Shown: piece after piece, positions 1-11,000 of the stretch | Layout: each line of letters starts with the position of its first letter | Numbering within the stretch: the stretch's first letter is position 1 | Assembly (NCBI GenBank): GCA_003058495.1 | Contig: QBVC01000008.1 | Location: forward strand, 19,164 to 83,163 | From: a gamma proteobacterium symbiont of Ctena orbiculata | GTDB lineage: Bacteria; Pseudomonadota; Gammaproteobacteria; Chromatiales; Chromatiaceae | DNA length: 64,000 nt | Reading direction: 5' to 3' | Made by a program: the position numbers and the translations under genes | Notes under the pieces: generated by a model | Told to the model about the DNA's origin: nothing | Databases searched by the model: none | Seen by the model: only the letters and a program-made list of their open reading frames with translations

Positions 1-556
1 CGGCATCGGCTCTCCCCATCTTCGCGATCGTGACGCAATGCCGGACCTGGCGAAGCTGCACTACGCCGGACGGCTCGCCGATCATAACCACAATGCCGAG
101 GGCCTGGAGGCCATCCTGGAGGATTTCTTCCACCTCCCGGTGCGGATCGAGGAGTTTATCGGAACCTGGATCGATCTACCGGACAACAGCCGCTGCCGCT
201 TGGGCGAGTCGACGGATATCAGCAGCCTGGGAATGACCATCATCCTCGGCGACCGGGTCTGGCAGGGACAGCAGAAGTTCCGCATTGTCATGGGCGCGGT
301 CGACTTCGCCGATTACCAGCGGATGCTGCCGGGGGGCGAAAGCCTGAAACGCCTGATCGCAATCGTGAAAAACTATATCGGGGATGAACTGGACTGGGAA
401 TTGAACCTGATACTGCAGGAGCAAGAGGTTCCGCCACTCAGTCTCGACGGCGAAAGCCGCCTCGGCTGGACGACCTGGCTTGCGCAGCAGCCACTGGGGC
501 GGGACGGTGATGACCTGTTCCTCCATCCGCTTGAAATTAGAGGGCTTGAGAGATGA
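1..556 (+). CDS. tssG: T6SS baseplate subunit TssG (5'-truncated by window edge)
   Basis: Frame is open from the window edge. Contains HNAEGLEAILEDFF..PVRIEEFIGTW and the C-terminal LGWTTWL motif typical of TssG/VasB; stop overlaps the clpV start. Confidence 0.9.
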   Translation, partial: GIGSPHLRDRDAMPDLAKLHYAGRLADHNHNAEGLEAILEDFFHLPVRIEEFIGTWIDLPDNSRCRLGESTDISSLGMTIILGDRVWQGQQKFRIVMGAVDFADYQRMLPGGESLKRLIAIVKNYIGDELDWELNLILQEQEVPPLSLDGESRLGWTTWLAQQPLGRDGDDLFLHPLEIRGLER

Positions 557-3303
557 GCGAGATTAATCGTGCCGCACTGTTTGGGAAACTTAACAGCCTT
601 GGCTACAAGGCCATCGAAAGTGCGACCGTGTTCTGCAAAATGCGCGGCAATCCCTATGTCGAGCTGGTCCACTGGTTGCACCAGATACTGCAGCTGCAGG
701 ATTCCGACCTCCACCGCATCATCAAGCAGTTCAACCTGGACCCCTCCCACCTGGCGAAGGATATCACCGAAACCCTCGATGATCTGCCCCGCGGATCGAC
801 CTCGATCTCCGACCTCTCCTCCCATGTGGAGGAGGCCACCGAACGCGGCTGGGTCTACGGCACCCTGATGTTCGGTGACAGCCAGGTGCGCACCGGCTAT
901 CTGGTCATCGGCATCTTGAAGACCAACAGCCTGCGCAACGCCCTGCTGCGGATCTCCGATCAGTTCAAGAAGCTCAGTATCGACACCCTCACCGACCGTT
1001 TCAACGAGGTGGTCGAGGGCTCTCCCGAGCAGGCCCTGCGCTCCAGCGACGGCTTCCAGGTCGGTGGCGGCGCCGCACCCGGCGAGGCCAGCGACGCCAT
1101 CGCCCCGGCCCAGATGGGCAAGCAGCAGGCGCTGCAGCAGTTTTCCGTCGACCTCACCGAAAGGGCGCGAAATGGAGAGATCGACCCGATCGTCGGTCGC
1201 GACGAGGAGATCCGCCAGATTGTCGATATCCTGATGCGCAGGCGCCAGAACAACCCGATCCTCACCGGCGAGGCGGGTGTGGGCAAGACCGCGGTGGTGG
1301 AGGGTTTCGCCCTGCGCATCGCCCGCGGCGACGTCCCCCCCTCGCTGCAGGACGTCAACCTGCGGGTGCTCGATGTCGGCCTGCTGCAGGCCGGCGCCAG
1401 CATGAAGGGCGAGTTCGAAAATCGCCTCAAGCAGGTGATCGAAGAGGTCCAGTCCTCCGAGAAGCCGATCATCCTCTTCATCGACGAGGCCCATACCCTG
1501 ATCGGCGCCGGCGGCAGTGCCGGCACCGGAGACGCGGCCAACCTGTTGAAGCCCGCCCTCGCCCGCGGCACCCTGCGCACCCTGGCCGCCACGACCTGGG
1601 CGGAGTACAAGAAGTATATCGAGAAAGACCCGGCCCTCACCCGTCGCTTCCAGGTGGTTCAGGTGGATGAACCGGACGAGGATCGGGCGATCCGCATGAT
1701 GCGCGGGGTGGCCTCGACCCTGGAGGATCACCACCAGGTACAGATCCTCGACGAGGCCCTCGATGCCTCGGTCCGACTCTCACACCGCTATATCCCCGCC
1801 CGCCAGCTGCCGGACAAATCGGTCAGCCTGCTCGATACCACCTGTGCAAGGGTGGCCATCAGCCAGGCCGCCGTCCCCGCCGAGGTCGATGACAGTCAAC
1901 GCCGGATCGAGGCCCTGGAGACGGAACTGGAGATTATCGACCGGGAGAAGGCCATCGGCATGGACACCGATGAGCGCGAAAGCGCCGCCCGCGAGAGACT
2001 GGCCGAGGAGCGTGATCGCCTGGACCGGCTCAATGAGCGCTGGGAGACCGAAAAGGCGCTGGTGGAGGAGCTGTTGCAGATTCAACAGCGGCTGAAGGGA
2101 TTGAATGCCGGCGATGAAGCCGCGGCCGCCGAGGATGAAAGCGACGGGGAAGGCGTTGCGCAAAGCGAAAACGAGGCAGCCGATACGCCATCAACCCCCA
2201 GTCCAGAGCTGAGCGCGGAGGAGCTGGTGCCGCGCCTGGCCGAGCTCAAGTCGAAGTTGAGCGATCTCCAGGGCGAGAGCCCCCTGATCCTGCCCAGCGT
2301 GGATGCCCAGGCGGTCGCCTCCGTGGTCGGTGACTGGACCGGCATCCCCGTAGGGCGGATGGTGAAAAACGAGATCGAAACCATTCTCAACCTCAGCGAC
2401 ACCCTGGCGAAACGGGTGATCGGCCAGGACCATGCCCTGGAGATGATCGCCCGGCGCATCCAGACCTCGCGGGCCAACCTGGACAATCCCAACAAGCCGA
2501 TCGGCGTCTTCATGCTCTGCGGACCCTCCGGCGTGGGCAAGACCGAGACCGGGCTGACCCTGGCCGAATCCCTCTACGGGGGCGAGCAGAACGTCATCAC
2601 CATCAACATGAGCGAGTTTCAGGAGGCGCACACGGTCTCCACCCTGAAGGGGGCGCCTCCCGGCTATGTCGGCTACGGCGAGGGCGGCATATTGACCGAG
2701 GCGGTACGGCGCAAGCCCTACAGCGTGGTGCTGCTGGACGAGGTGGAGAAGGCCCATCCCGATGTGCACGAGATCTTCTTTCAGGTCTTCGACAAGGGCT
2801 GGATGGAGGATGGCGAGGGCCGCCATATCGACTTCAAGAACACCCTGATCCTGCTCACCTCAAACGTGGGCACGGAGATGATCGACAATCTCTGCAAGGA
2901 CCCGGAGCTGATGCCCGAGCCGGATGCCATCGCCGGCTCCCTGCGCGATCCGCTGCTGAAGGTCTTTCCCGCCGCCCTGCTCGGCAGGCTGGTGGTGATC
3001 CCCTACTATCCGTTGAGCGACGAGATCCTGGCCAGGGTGGTACGCCTGCAGTTGGGCCGCATCGAATCCCGCATAGAAGAGAACCACGGCATACCGCTCA
3101 GCTACGACGACAGTGTCGTGACCCTGATCATCGACCGCTGCACCGAGGTGGAGAGCGGTGCGCGCATGGTGGATGCCATCCTCACCAACACCCTGCTGCC
3201 GGAGATCAGCCGGCATGTATTGATCGAGAAGATGGAGTCGCGTCCGATTGGAAAAATCCACATCGGTGTGGAGAATGATGAATTCAGCTATAACTTTTCT
3301 TAA
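553..3303 (+). CDS. tssH: T6SS AAA+ ATPase ClpV/TssH
   Basis: 916 aa. N-terminus MSEINRAALFGKLN..GNPYVELVHW; two Walker A motifs (GEAGVGKT, GPSGVGKT); PPGYVGYGEGG; located in the T6SS cluster. Confidence 0.97.
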   Translation: MSEINRAALFGKLNSLGYKAIESATVFCKMRGNPYVELVHWLHQILQLQDSDLHRIIKQFNLDPSHLAKDITETLDDLPRGSTSISDLSSHVEEATERGWVYGTLMFGDSQVRTGYLVIGILKTNSLRNALLRISDQFKKLSIDTLTDRFNEVVEGSPEQALRSSDGFQVGGGAAPGEASDAIAPAQMGKQQALQQFSVDLTERARNGEIDPIVGRDEEIRQIVDILMRRRQNNPILTGEAGVGKTAVVEGFALRIARGDVPPSLQDVNLRVLDVGLLQAGASMKGEFENRLKQVIEEVQSSEKPIILFIDEAHTLIGAGGSAGTGDAANLLKPALARGTLRTLAATTWAEYKKYIEKDPALTRRFQVVQVDEPDEDRAIRMMRGVASTLEDHHQVQILDEALDASVRLSHRYIPARQLPDKSVSLLDTTCARVAISQAAVPAEVDDSQRRIEALETELEIIDREKAIGMDTDERESAARERLAEERDRLDRLNERWETEKALVEELLQIQQRLKGLNAGDEAAAAEDESDGEGVAQSENEAADTPSTPSPELSAEELVPRLAELKSKLSDLQGESPLILPSVDAQAVASVVGDWTGIPVGRMVKNEIETILNLSDTLAKRVIGQDHALEMIARRIQTSRANLDNPNKPIGVFMLCGPSGVGKTETGLTLAESLYGGEQNVITINMSEFQEAHTVSTLKGAPPGYVGYGEGGILTEAVRRKPYSVVLLDEVEKAHPDVHEIFFQVFDKGWMEDGEGRHIDFKNTLILLTSNVGTEMIDNLCKDPELMPEPDAIAGSLRDPLLKVFPAALLGRLVVIPYYPLSDEILARVVRLQLGRIESRIEENHGIPLSYDDSVVTLIIDRCTEVESGARMVDAILTNTLLPEISRHVLIEKMESRPIGKIHIGVENDEFSYNFS

Positions 3304-3333
3304 ACCTCAGAGATATCGGCGGATAGCGGCATC

Positions 3334-4839
3334 ATGAAGATCACCCTCACAGTCAACCAGGTTGCCGGGGCTCCCCCCGCGCAACCCATGACAGTGACTT
3401 TCGATGACCAGGGCGGCAGCATCGGCCGCAGGGGAGAGAACGACTGGGTGTTGCCCGATCCGGAGCGCTTCATATCGGGACGTCATGCGCTGATCGATTT
3501 CAGCGACGGCGCCTTCCATATAACCGATCTCAGCTCCAATGGGATCTTCATAAACCGCTCCGCCCAACCCATGGGCAAGAACAACCGCGTCGCCCTGCAT
3601 CATGGCGACAGCCTTACCATCGGCGACTACGAGATCGGCGTAGCGATCGAGGAACCGGTCAACCAGATCCTGCAAGGCAACAGCTTCGAGGGATTGGACG
3701 ATCCCTTTGCGAAGATGGTCGATGAGCAGGCGGGGCAGAAATTGGAGGGGGGATTCCCAGCCCCCTTGGAGCCTCAACCCGAGCCGTTGATCGATGAGGG
3801 CTACTCCCTGGAAGAGGCGGAGACACCCAGTCTTGAAACGGATGAATCATCCCCTGAAACAGGGGAGGCGGAAGGCCTGCCCTCACAGGCGGATCATGTC
3901 CCCGATCTGAATGCCTATTTCAACCAGCCGAGTCCGATCCCTGAGGATTGGGACCAGGAAGAAAACAGCCTGGTCCAGGGTGGCGGGCCAGAGGCAGCGC
4001 CACCCGCTGAACCTTTGCCGCCCCTCGATGATGTGCCTTTACCCGGCGCCCCCGAGCAGCCTGCGCTGATCCCTGATACGGAGCCGTCTGAAGAGCCGGC
4101 GCCCTTCGCCATCCAGGAACCGACGCCCACGGCGGAGCAACAACAGCCGGGCATGGCAACGGCTGCAGCGACCCAAATGCCCGCGGAGCCCCCTGCGGCT
4201 GCTGTCGCCTACTCGGGAGACGAGGCGGTCCTGCGCCGCACCTTGGCTGAAAGCATGGGGATAGACGAAAGCCACTTTGCCGATCTTCCGCTCACGACCC
4301 TGTTGCAGAACCTCGGCCAGGTGATGCGGGTCAGCGTCAGCGGAACCATGTCGATGCTGCGTGCAAGAGCGCAGATGAAGGGCGAGTTCCGCATGTCCCA
4401 GACCATGATCCAACCGGTCGAGAACAATCCGCTGAAGTTTTCCATCAATATCGAGGAGGCACTGCGCCATATCATCAATCCAAATCCCAGCAGCGGTTAC
4501 CTCTCTCCCCTCGCCGCGTTTGAGGAGGCCCACGAGGATATCGAGGCGCATATGCTGGCGGTCATGGTAGGCATGCAGGCCGCTTTGCATGCCGTTTTGC
4601 AACGCTTCAAACCAGAGATACTGGAACAACGTCTCGGCCAGCAGGCGCTGTTGGAAAAACTGCCGCTCTACCGCCAGGCCAAGACCTGGGAGCTGTTCAC
4701 GGAACTCTATAGCGAGATCGCCGACGAGGCCGAGGACGATTTTCATCAACTCTTCGGGCGTACCTTTTCCCAGGCCTATGAGGAACAGATCCGCCGCCTG
4801 GAGTCGCTGAAAGACCCCGCCCCCGGTTCACCCAACTGA
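3334..4839 (+). CDS. tagH: T6SS-associated FHA domain protein TagH/Fha
   Basis: N-terminal FHA domain (IGRRGENDWVLPDPERFISGRHA, DLSSNG), Pro/Glu-rich linker, C-terminal ENNPLKFS motif. Confidence 0.93.
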   Translation: MKITLTVNQVAGAPPAQPMTVTFDDQGGSIGRRGENDWVLPDPERFISGRHALIDFSDGAFHITDLSSNGIFINRSAQPMGKNNRVALHHGDSLTIGDYEIGVAIEEPVNQILQGNSFEGLDDPFAKMVDEQAGQKLEGGFPAPLEPQPEPLIDEGYSLEEAETPSLETDESSPETGEAEGLPSQADHVPDLNAYFNQPSPIPEDWDQEENSLVQGGGPEAAPPAEPLPPLDDVPLPGAPEQPALIPDTEPSEEPAPFAIQEPTPTAEQQQPGMATAAATQMPAEPPAAAVAYSGDEAVLRRTLAESMGIDESHFADLPLTTLLQNLGQVMRVSVSGTMSMLRARAQMKGEFRMSQTMIQPVENNPLKFSINIEEALRHIINPNPSSGYLSPLAAFEEAHEDIEAHMLAVMVGMQAALHAVLQRFKPEILEQRLGQQALLEKLPLYRQAKTWELFTELYSEIADEAEDDFHQLFGRTFSQAYEEQIRRLESLKDPAPGSPN

Positions 4840-4853
4840 CAGGAATCAAGCAG

Positions 4854-5312
4854 ATGAGAGCAAGCATAAGAAACCTACTGCATATCTTGGGACTTCTCTA
4901 CCTGTTATTGCTGATGGGCTGTTCCAGTGTCTCCACGATTACCGTGACCATGAGTGCCGCCAGCGGCGTCAATCCGGACATCAACAGCCGCCCCTCGCCC
5001 ATCGTTGCCCGCATCTATGAGTTGAAGTCGTTGAGCGTCTTCAACAATGCCGACTTCTTCAATCTTTTCGAACAGGACGTGGCCCTGCTGGGAGAAGAGA
5101 TGCTGATGCGTGATGAGCTCCACTTCCAGCCCGGCGAGGTGAAGATGCTGGAGCGGGATCTGCAACCCGATACACGCTATGTGGGTGTCATCGGCGCCTA
5201 CCGGGATATAGAGAATGCGGCATGGCGCCGCTCCATCGAGATCGACCTGCACGATGAAACAACCTTTGTGATAGAGTTTGGAAAGAACGGCATCGTGCTT
5301 CAGAAAAAGTAG
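4854..5312 (+). CDS. tssJ: T6SS outer-membrane lipoprotein TssJ
   Basis: Lipobox LLMGC; VNPDINSRPSPIVARIYELK and GVIGAYRDIENAAWR motifs; lies upstream of tssK. Confidence 0.92.
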   Translation: MRASIRNLLHILGLLYLLLLMGCSSVSTITVTMSAASGVNPDINSRPSPIVARIYELKSLSVFNNADFFNLFEQDVALLGEEMLMRDELHFQPGEVKMLERDLQPDTRYVGVIGAYRDIENAAWRRSIEIDLHDETTFVIEFGKNGIVLQKK

Positions 5313-5338
5313 CTAACTGATTATAAAGAGCCGAACAC

Positions 5339-6673
5339 ATGTCTTGGATGTCTAGGATCGTCTGGTCGGAGGGAATGTTCCTCAGACCGCACCATTTTCA
5401 GCAACAGGAGCGCTTCCTGGAGCATATGGTCGAGGCGCGCTGCGCCGATCTAATCCCATACAGTTGGGGCTTCACCCACCTTAAGATCGACAGGCAGGCA
5501 CTGGCCCTCGGCAGACTGGCCATCGAGTCCTGCCGCGGCGTACTCCCAGACGGCACAACCTTCGACATACCGGGCAACGACAATCCACCACCGCCGCTGG
5601 ATATCGGCGCTGACCACAAGGGCGACATCGTCTACCTCGCCCTGCCGCTGTCGCGCCAGGGTACCGCGAGTGTCCGCTTCGCCGATCAGGAAGAGGGCCT
5701 GGAGCGGTATATCGCCGAAGAGATCGAGATCAAGGACGGGATTGCCGGCTCGACAAACAGCTCCACCCTGCAGGTGGCGCAGCCGACGATGCGACTCTTG
5801 ATCGGTGACTCCGAACTGGAGGAGTTCGCCCATCTCGCGGTGGCCAAAATCGTCGAGCGCCGCTCCGACGACATGCTGGTATTGGATGAGGATTTTATTC
5901 CTCCCTGCCTCGACTGCCAGGTCTCTCCCCGGCTGGATGGCTATGTGAAGGAGATCGAGGGCCTGCTGCACCACCGCGCCGACGCCATCGCCTCACGCCT
6001 GGTCGACGGCGGCAAGGGCATCGCCGAGGTCGCCGATTTTCTGATGCTGCAGGTGGTGAACCGCTTCGAGCCGCTGTATACCCATTTCAGCGAGACGACA
6101 CCGCTGCACCCGATCTCGTTTTACCAGGCATCGCTGCAGCTTGCCGGGGAACTGGCCACCTTCACCAGCAGCAACAAGCGCCCCCCTGACTTTGCAATCT
6201 ATCAGCATCAGGAGCTGCAGTTGACCTTCATACCGCTGATGCGCGAACTGCGCCGTTCCCTGAGCATGGTTCTGGAACAGAAGGCGGTGGCGATACCCCT
6301 GGAAGAGCGAAAGTACGGCATCCGTGTCGCCGTGGTATCCGATCGTTCATTGCTCAGCGATGCGATATTCGTCCTCGCCGTGAATGCCAGTATGACGGCC
6401 GATGTGCTGCAACGCCGCTTTCCCAGCCAGACCAAGATCGGCCCGGTGGAAAAGATCCGCGATCTGGTGAACCTTCAGCTCCCCGGCATCGGCCTGCGTA
6501 TCCTCTCGGTGGCGCCAAGACAGATACCCTACAACGCGGGCTTCAGTTACTTCGAACTCGATAAGAACAACGAGTACTGGAACCTGCTTGAAACCTCGGG
6601 AGGATGTGCCATACATATAGGAGGCGACTTCCCTGGGCTGGAACTCGAACTCTGGGCAATAAAAGGTAGTTGA
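5339..6673 (+). CDS. tssK: T6SS baseplate subunit TssK
   Basis: 444 aa; WSEGMFLRPHHFQQQERF and APRQIPYNAGFSYFEL..LELELWAI motifs. Confidence 0.96.
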   Translation: MSWMSRIVWSEGMFLRPHHFQQQERFLEHMVEARCADLIPYSWGFTHLKIDRQALALGRLAIESCRGVLPDGTTFDIPGNDNPPPPLDIGADHKGDIVYLALPLSRQGTASVRFADQEEGLERYIAEEIEIKDGIAGSTNSSTLQVAQPTMRLLIGDSELEEFAHLAVAKIVERRSDDMLVLDEDFIPPCLDCQVSPRLDGYVKEIEGLLHHRADAIASRLVDGGKGIAEVADFLMLQVVNRFEPLYTHFSETTPLHPISFYQASLQLAGELATFTSSNKRPPDFAIYQHQELQLTFIPLMRELRRSLSMVLEQKAVAIPLEERKYGIRVAVVSDRSLLSDAIFVLAVNASMTADVLQRRFPSQTKIGPVEKIRDLVNLQLPGIGLRILSVAPRQIPYNAGFSYFELDKNNEYWNLLETSGGCAIHIGGDFPGLELELWAIKGS

Positions 6674-6675
6674 CC

Positions 6676-8001
6676 ATGGATCATGACGACCCATTTGGCA
6701 TGAAGCCCAACGACGCCGGCGACCGCACCGTGATCCGACCCCGCCCCGGCGGCAAGGGACCCGCTTCGCAACCCCAGTCACCGCCACAGCCCAGCCAACC
6801 GGCGCCGCCTCCGCAGCGCTCAGGTCCGGCCCCGAGGCTGCCGACCCGCCAGGGGGCGAACAAGCTGGAGATCGCCGCCACTGCCCTGCTCTCCCTGCTG
6901 GGCCGCCTGCGTGAAACCCCATCCCATCCCGATCCGGCTGCCTTGAAGAGCAGCATCATCGAGAAGATCCGGGGGTTCGAACGCAATGCACAGGACCTTG
7001 GCGTGGACAAGGAGACCATCTTCTGGACCCGCTACGTATTGTGTACCGCCCTCGACGAGACCGTACTCTCCACACCCTGGGGCAACCAGAGCCTATGGCG
7101 GGACCAGAGTCTTCTGGTGACCCTGCACAACGAGGCCTGGGGTGGTGAAAAGTTCTTCCAGCTGCTGCAGAAACTGCTGCAGAATCCGGCCAAGAACATC
7201 GAACTGCTTGAAGTCATGTATATCTGTCTCTCGTTTGGATTCGAGGGACGCTTCAAACCCCTGCCGGACGGTTACGCACAGCTGCAGACCCTGCGCGACA
7301 ACCTCTATCGCACCATCCGCAACCACCACGAAGAGTATGAGCGCGACCTCTCCGGCAACTGGCAGGGTGTCTACCTGAAGCAGAATGCCCTGGTGCAATA
7401 TGTTCCGCTCTGGGTCGTGTTGGCCGTTTCCGGTGTGATCCTGCTGTTGATGTATTCGGGTTTCAATCTCAGCCTGAACGTGAAATCGGATCCGGTGCAT
7501 GCCGAACTGCACAACATTGCACGCAATGTGAAAACCGTTGTCGAGCGCAAGCCGCCACCGGCACCGGAACCTGAACTGACGCTGCGCGTCCTGCTGGCGA
7601 ATGAGATAACCCAGGGCAGTGTCGACGTGGTGGAGGATTACAGCGAAGGCCGGGTGCGAATTGCCGGAGACGGTCTGTTCGCCTCGGGCAGCGGCGCCGT
7701 GAAGGCGCAGTTTCTACCGCTGCTGAGCAAGATCGCGGCCGCCATGGACCAGCTGCAGGGGGAGATTGTGGTCGAAGGCCATACCGATAACGTGCCGATA
7801 CGCAGCCTGCGCTTCCCCTCCAACTGGCACCTCTCCCGGGCCCGCGCCGAATCGGTGGCGAAGATAATGGCAAGCGACCTTGCCAGTCCGAGCCGCATCC
7901 AGAGCCTGGGCAGAGGCTCGGCGGAACCCTTGACCTCCAACAACACCAACGAGGGTCGAGCACGCAACCGGCGTGTGGAGATCACCCTGATAAAACCATA
8001 G
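6676..8001 (+). CDS. tssL: T6SS TssL/DotU with C-terminal OmpA-like peptidoglycan-binding domain
   Basis: RYVLCTALDETV, GGEKFF and CLSFGFEGRF DotU motifs, one TM segment, then GHTDNVP..NWHLSRARA..NRRVEI (OmpA). ATG at 6676 follows the tssK stop. Confidence 0.95.
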   Translation: MDHDDPFGMKPNDAGDRTVIRPRPGGKGPASQPQSPPQPSQPAPPPQRSGPAPRLPTRQGANKLEIAATALLSLLGRLRETPSHPDPAALKSSIIEKIRGFERNAQDLGVDKETIFWTRYVLCTALDETVLSTPWGNQSLWRDQSLLVTLHNEAWGGEKFFQLLQKLLQNPAKNIELLEVMYICLSFGFEGRFKPLPDGYAQLQTLRDNLYRTIRNHHEEYERDLSGNWQGVYLKQNALVQYVPLWVVLAVSGVILLLMYSGFNLSLNVKSDPVHAELHNIARNVKTVVERKPPPAPEPELTLRVLLANEITQGSVDVVEDYSEGRVRIAGDGLFASGSGAVKAQFLPLLSKIAAAMDQLQGEIVVEGHTDNVPIRSLRFPSNWHLSRARAESVAKIMASDLASPSRIQSLGRGSAEPLTSNNTNEGRARNRRVEITLIKP

Positions 8002-8011
8002 GCGTCGACGC

Positions 8012-11000
8012 ATGCGAGCAATAATGGGCATCATAAAAAATCGCTGGTTCGTTGCCATCCTGGGATTGATCGCCATCTCGATCATCATCTGGTTGGTGGG
8101 GCCTCTGATCGCCATTGCCGGCATTGAGCCCCTGGGCTCTGTGCTGGGACGCCTGATCGCCATTCTCCTGGTGGTGCTGATCTGGCTCGGCATGGAGCTG
8201 CGCCGTTTTCTCACCGCGCGCAAGAAAAACCAGCAGATGCTGGAGAGCGTGGTGGGGCAGAAGGATCAACCGCAAATTCACGCCCGCGAGTCCGACGAGG
8301 AGGTGGCGATTCTCAGCCAGCGTCTCGACGAGGCGATCCGGATCCTCAAGGAGTCGAAGATCGGCGGCAAACAGGATCGCCAATTCCTCTATCAACTCCC
8401 CTGGTATATGTTTATCGGTCCACCGGGCAGCGGCAAGACCACCGCCCTGCTCAACTCGGGTCTCCACTTCCCCCTGGCGGACAAGCTGGGTAACGATGCC
8501 GTCCAGGGCATCGGCGGCACCCGCAACTGCGACTGGTGGTTCACCGACGATGCGGTGCTGCTCGATACCGCGGGGCGCTACACCACCCAGGACAGCTACG
8601 AGGAGGTCGACCGGGCGGCCTGGATGGGATTCCTCGACCTGCTGAAACGGCATCGCAAGCGCAGGCCGATAAACGGCGCCCTGGTGGCGATCAGCGTGGA
8701 GGACATCCTGCAGCTCACCGAGCTGGAGCGTCTCAGTCACGCCAAGGCGATCCGCATGCGGGTCAAGGAGCTGATCGATCATTTCGGCATCCGCTTCCCC
8801 ATCTACATCCTGTTCACCAAATGCGATCTCCTGGCGGGATTCAATGAATTCTTCGAGAACATGGGGCGGGAGGAGCGCAGCCAGGTCTGGGGGATGACCT
8901 TCCCCCTCACCGACAAGGCCGACGAGGATGGCGGCATCAGCCGCTTCCAGGATGAGTTCAGGGCGCTCGAAAAGCGCATCGATGTGCGTCTCATGGATCG
9001 CCTGGAGCAGGAGCGGGACACCAAGCGCAGGATCCTGATCTACTCCTTCCCCCAGCAGTTCAGCGCCCTGCGCGAGGCGGCAGAGAGTTTTCTCTATGAG
9101 GCCTTCAGCGCCAACCGCTTTCAGGAGACCCCCATGGTGCGGGGTATCTACTTCACCAGCGGCACCCAGGAGGGTACCCCCATCGATCGGCTGCTCGGCT
9201 CCATGGCCCAGGAGTTCGGCCTCAACCGGCAGATCGCACCCGCCTTTTCCGGCAGCGGACGCAGCTTTTTCATCAACCGGCTGTTCAAGGACCTGATATT
9301 TCCCGAGGCCCATCTGGCCGGGGTAAACACCCGGGTCGAGAAGCGGCGCGCCTGGCTGCAGCGCATGGCCTATGTCGGCGCCATCTCTCTCGCCGTGCTG
9401 GCCGGGGTCGCCTGGTTCACCAGTTACAGCCGCAATCAGAGCTATATCGATCAGGTGGCGATACAGGCGAACGCCGCGGAAGAGAAGGTCAACGCCGTGG
9501 CGCCGGACGACCTGACCCTGGCCAACGTGGTGCCGGCCCTCGACTCGGTGCGCCGGATCCCCGGGGGCTACGCCGACCAGGAGGCCGAGATCCCCTGGCT
9601 GATGGGGCTGGGCCTCTATCAGGGCGACAAGCTCGGCAGCGAGGCCGTCAGCGCCTACCGCACCAGCCTGAAGAACCTGTTCCTGCCGCGCATCATCCTC
9701 AGCCTGGAAAACCAGCTCACCCGGCCGGGGAACAATCCCGACTATCTCTACGAGGCCCTCAAGGTCTACCTGATGTTCGACGACAGCGAGCATTTCGATG
9801 CCGAAACCGTCAAGACCTGGATGCTGCTGCAGTGGCAGCTGAACCTCCCCGGTGCCGAGAACGCCCAGGCAAGGCAGGCCCTGGCCGGTCATCTCGATGC
9901 GCTGCTGGAGATGTTGCCGATGACCCCGACCCTGCCCCTGGATCAGGACCTGATCGCCCATGTCCGCGGCAACCTGTTGCGGGTACCCCTGGCAGACCGG
10001 GTCTACAACCGCATGAAAAGGACCACCGCGAGCGGATCCGTACCGCCGATCCGGCTCACCCAGGCCATCGGCGCGGATGCCGACCAGGTATTCAGCCGCC
10101 GCTCCGGGGAACCCCTGGACAAGGAGATCCCCGCCCTTTTCACCTACGAGGGCTATCACAAACTGTTTCTCAAGGATCATCTCGAGATCGCCAACAAGCT
10201 GCTGGAGGAGAAGTGGATACTCGGCCCCGAACTGGAGAAGATCGTGGGCGAAACCGACCTGGTCAAGCTCAGCGCCCGGGTCAAGGAGCTCTACTACGAG
10301 GAGTATATCCGCACCTGGGAGCAACAACTGGCCGATATCCGGGTCAAGCCCTTCGCCAACATGCGCCAGGCGGTGGATATCCTCAATATCATCTCGGGTC
10401 CGAGCTCCCCCCTGCGGCGCTACCTGAAACTGGTACAGGAGCAGACCAGCCTCTCCCGTCTTCCCGGCGGCGCCAAGAAGGCCGCCGAACTGGTGGAGAG
10501 AAACACCTCGGGGATCACCCGCAGGCTCGCCTCCATCCTGCAGGTGGCCCCGGACGCTTCGGAGGCGGCCTCCGAGGACTCCCTGCTGACCACCCCGGTG
10601 GATCAGCATTTCGCCAGCCTGAACAGAATGATCCAGGCCCAGGAGGGTGAGCAGGCGCCGCTGGAAAGGACCATGGAGATGCTCAACGAACTCTACGCCC
10701 ATATGAGCTCCATCGCCTCTGCCGGCAATCAGTCCAACCAGGCCTTCAACGTGGCCCGGGATCCCTCCGCGGGGGGCAGTGTCATCAGCCGGCTCAAACT
10801 TGAGGCGAAACGCCAGCCGGGTCACTTGGCGGCGATGCTCAACACCCTGGCGGACGGCAGCTCCAATCTGACCATATCCGGGGTCAGGGCCCACCTGAAC
10901 TCGGTCTGGACCACCCAGGTCCTGCCCTTCTGTCAACGCAGCCTCACGGGGCGCTATCCCCTCGACCGCGACAGCAGCCGCGAGGTCACCATCGGCGACT

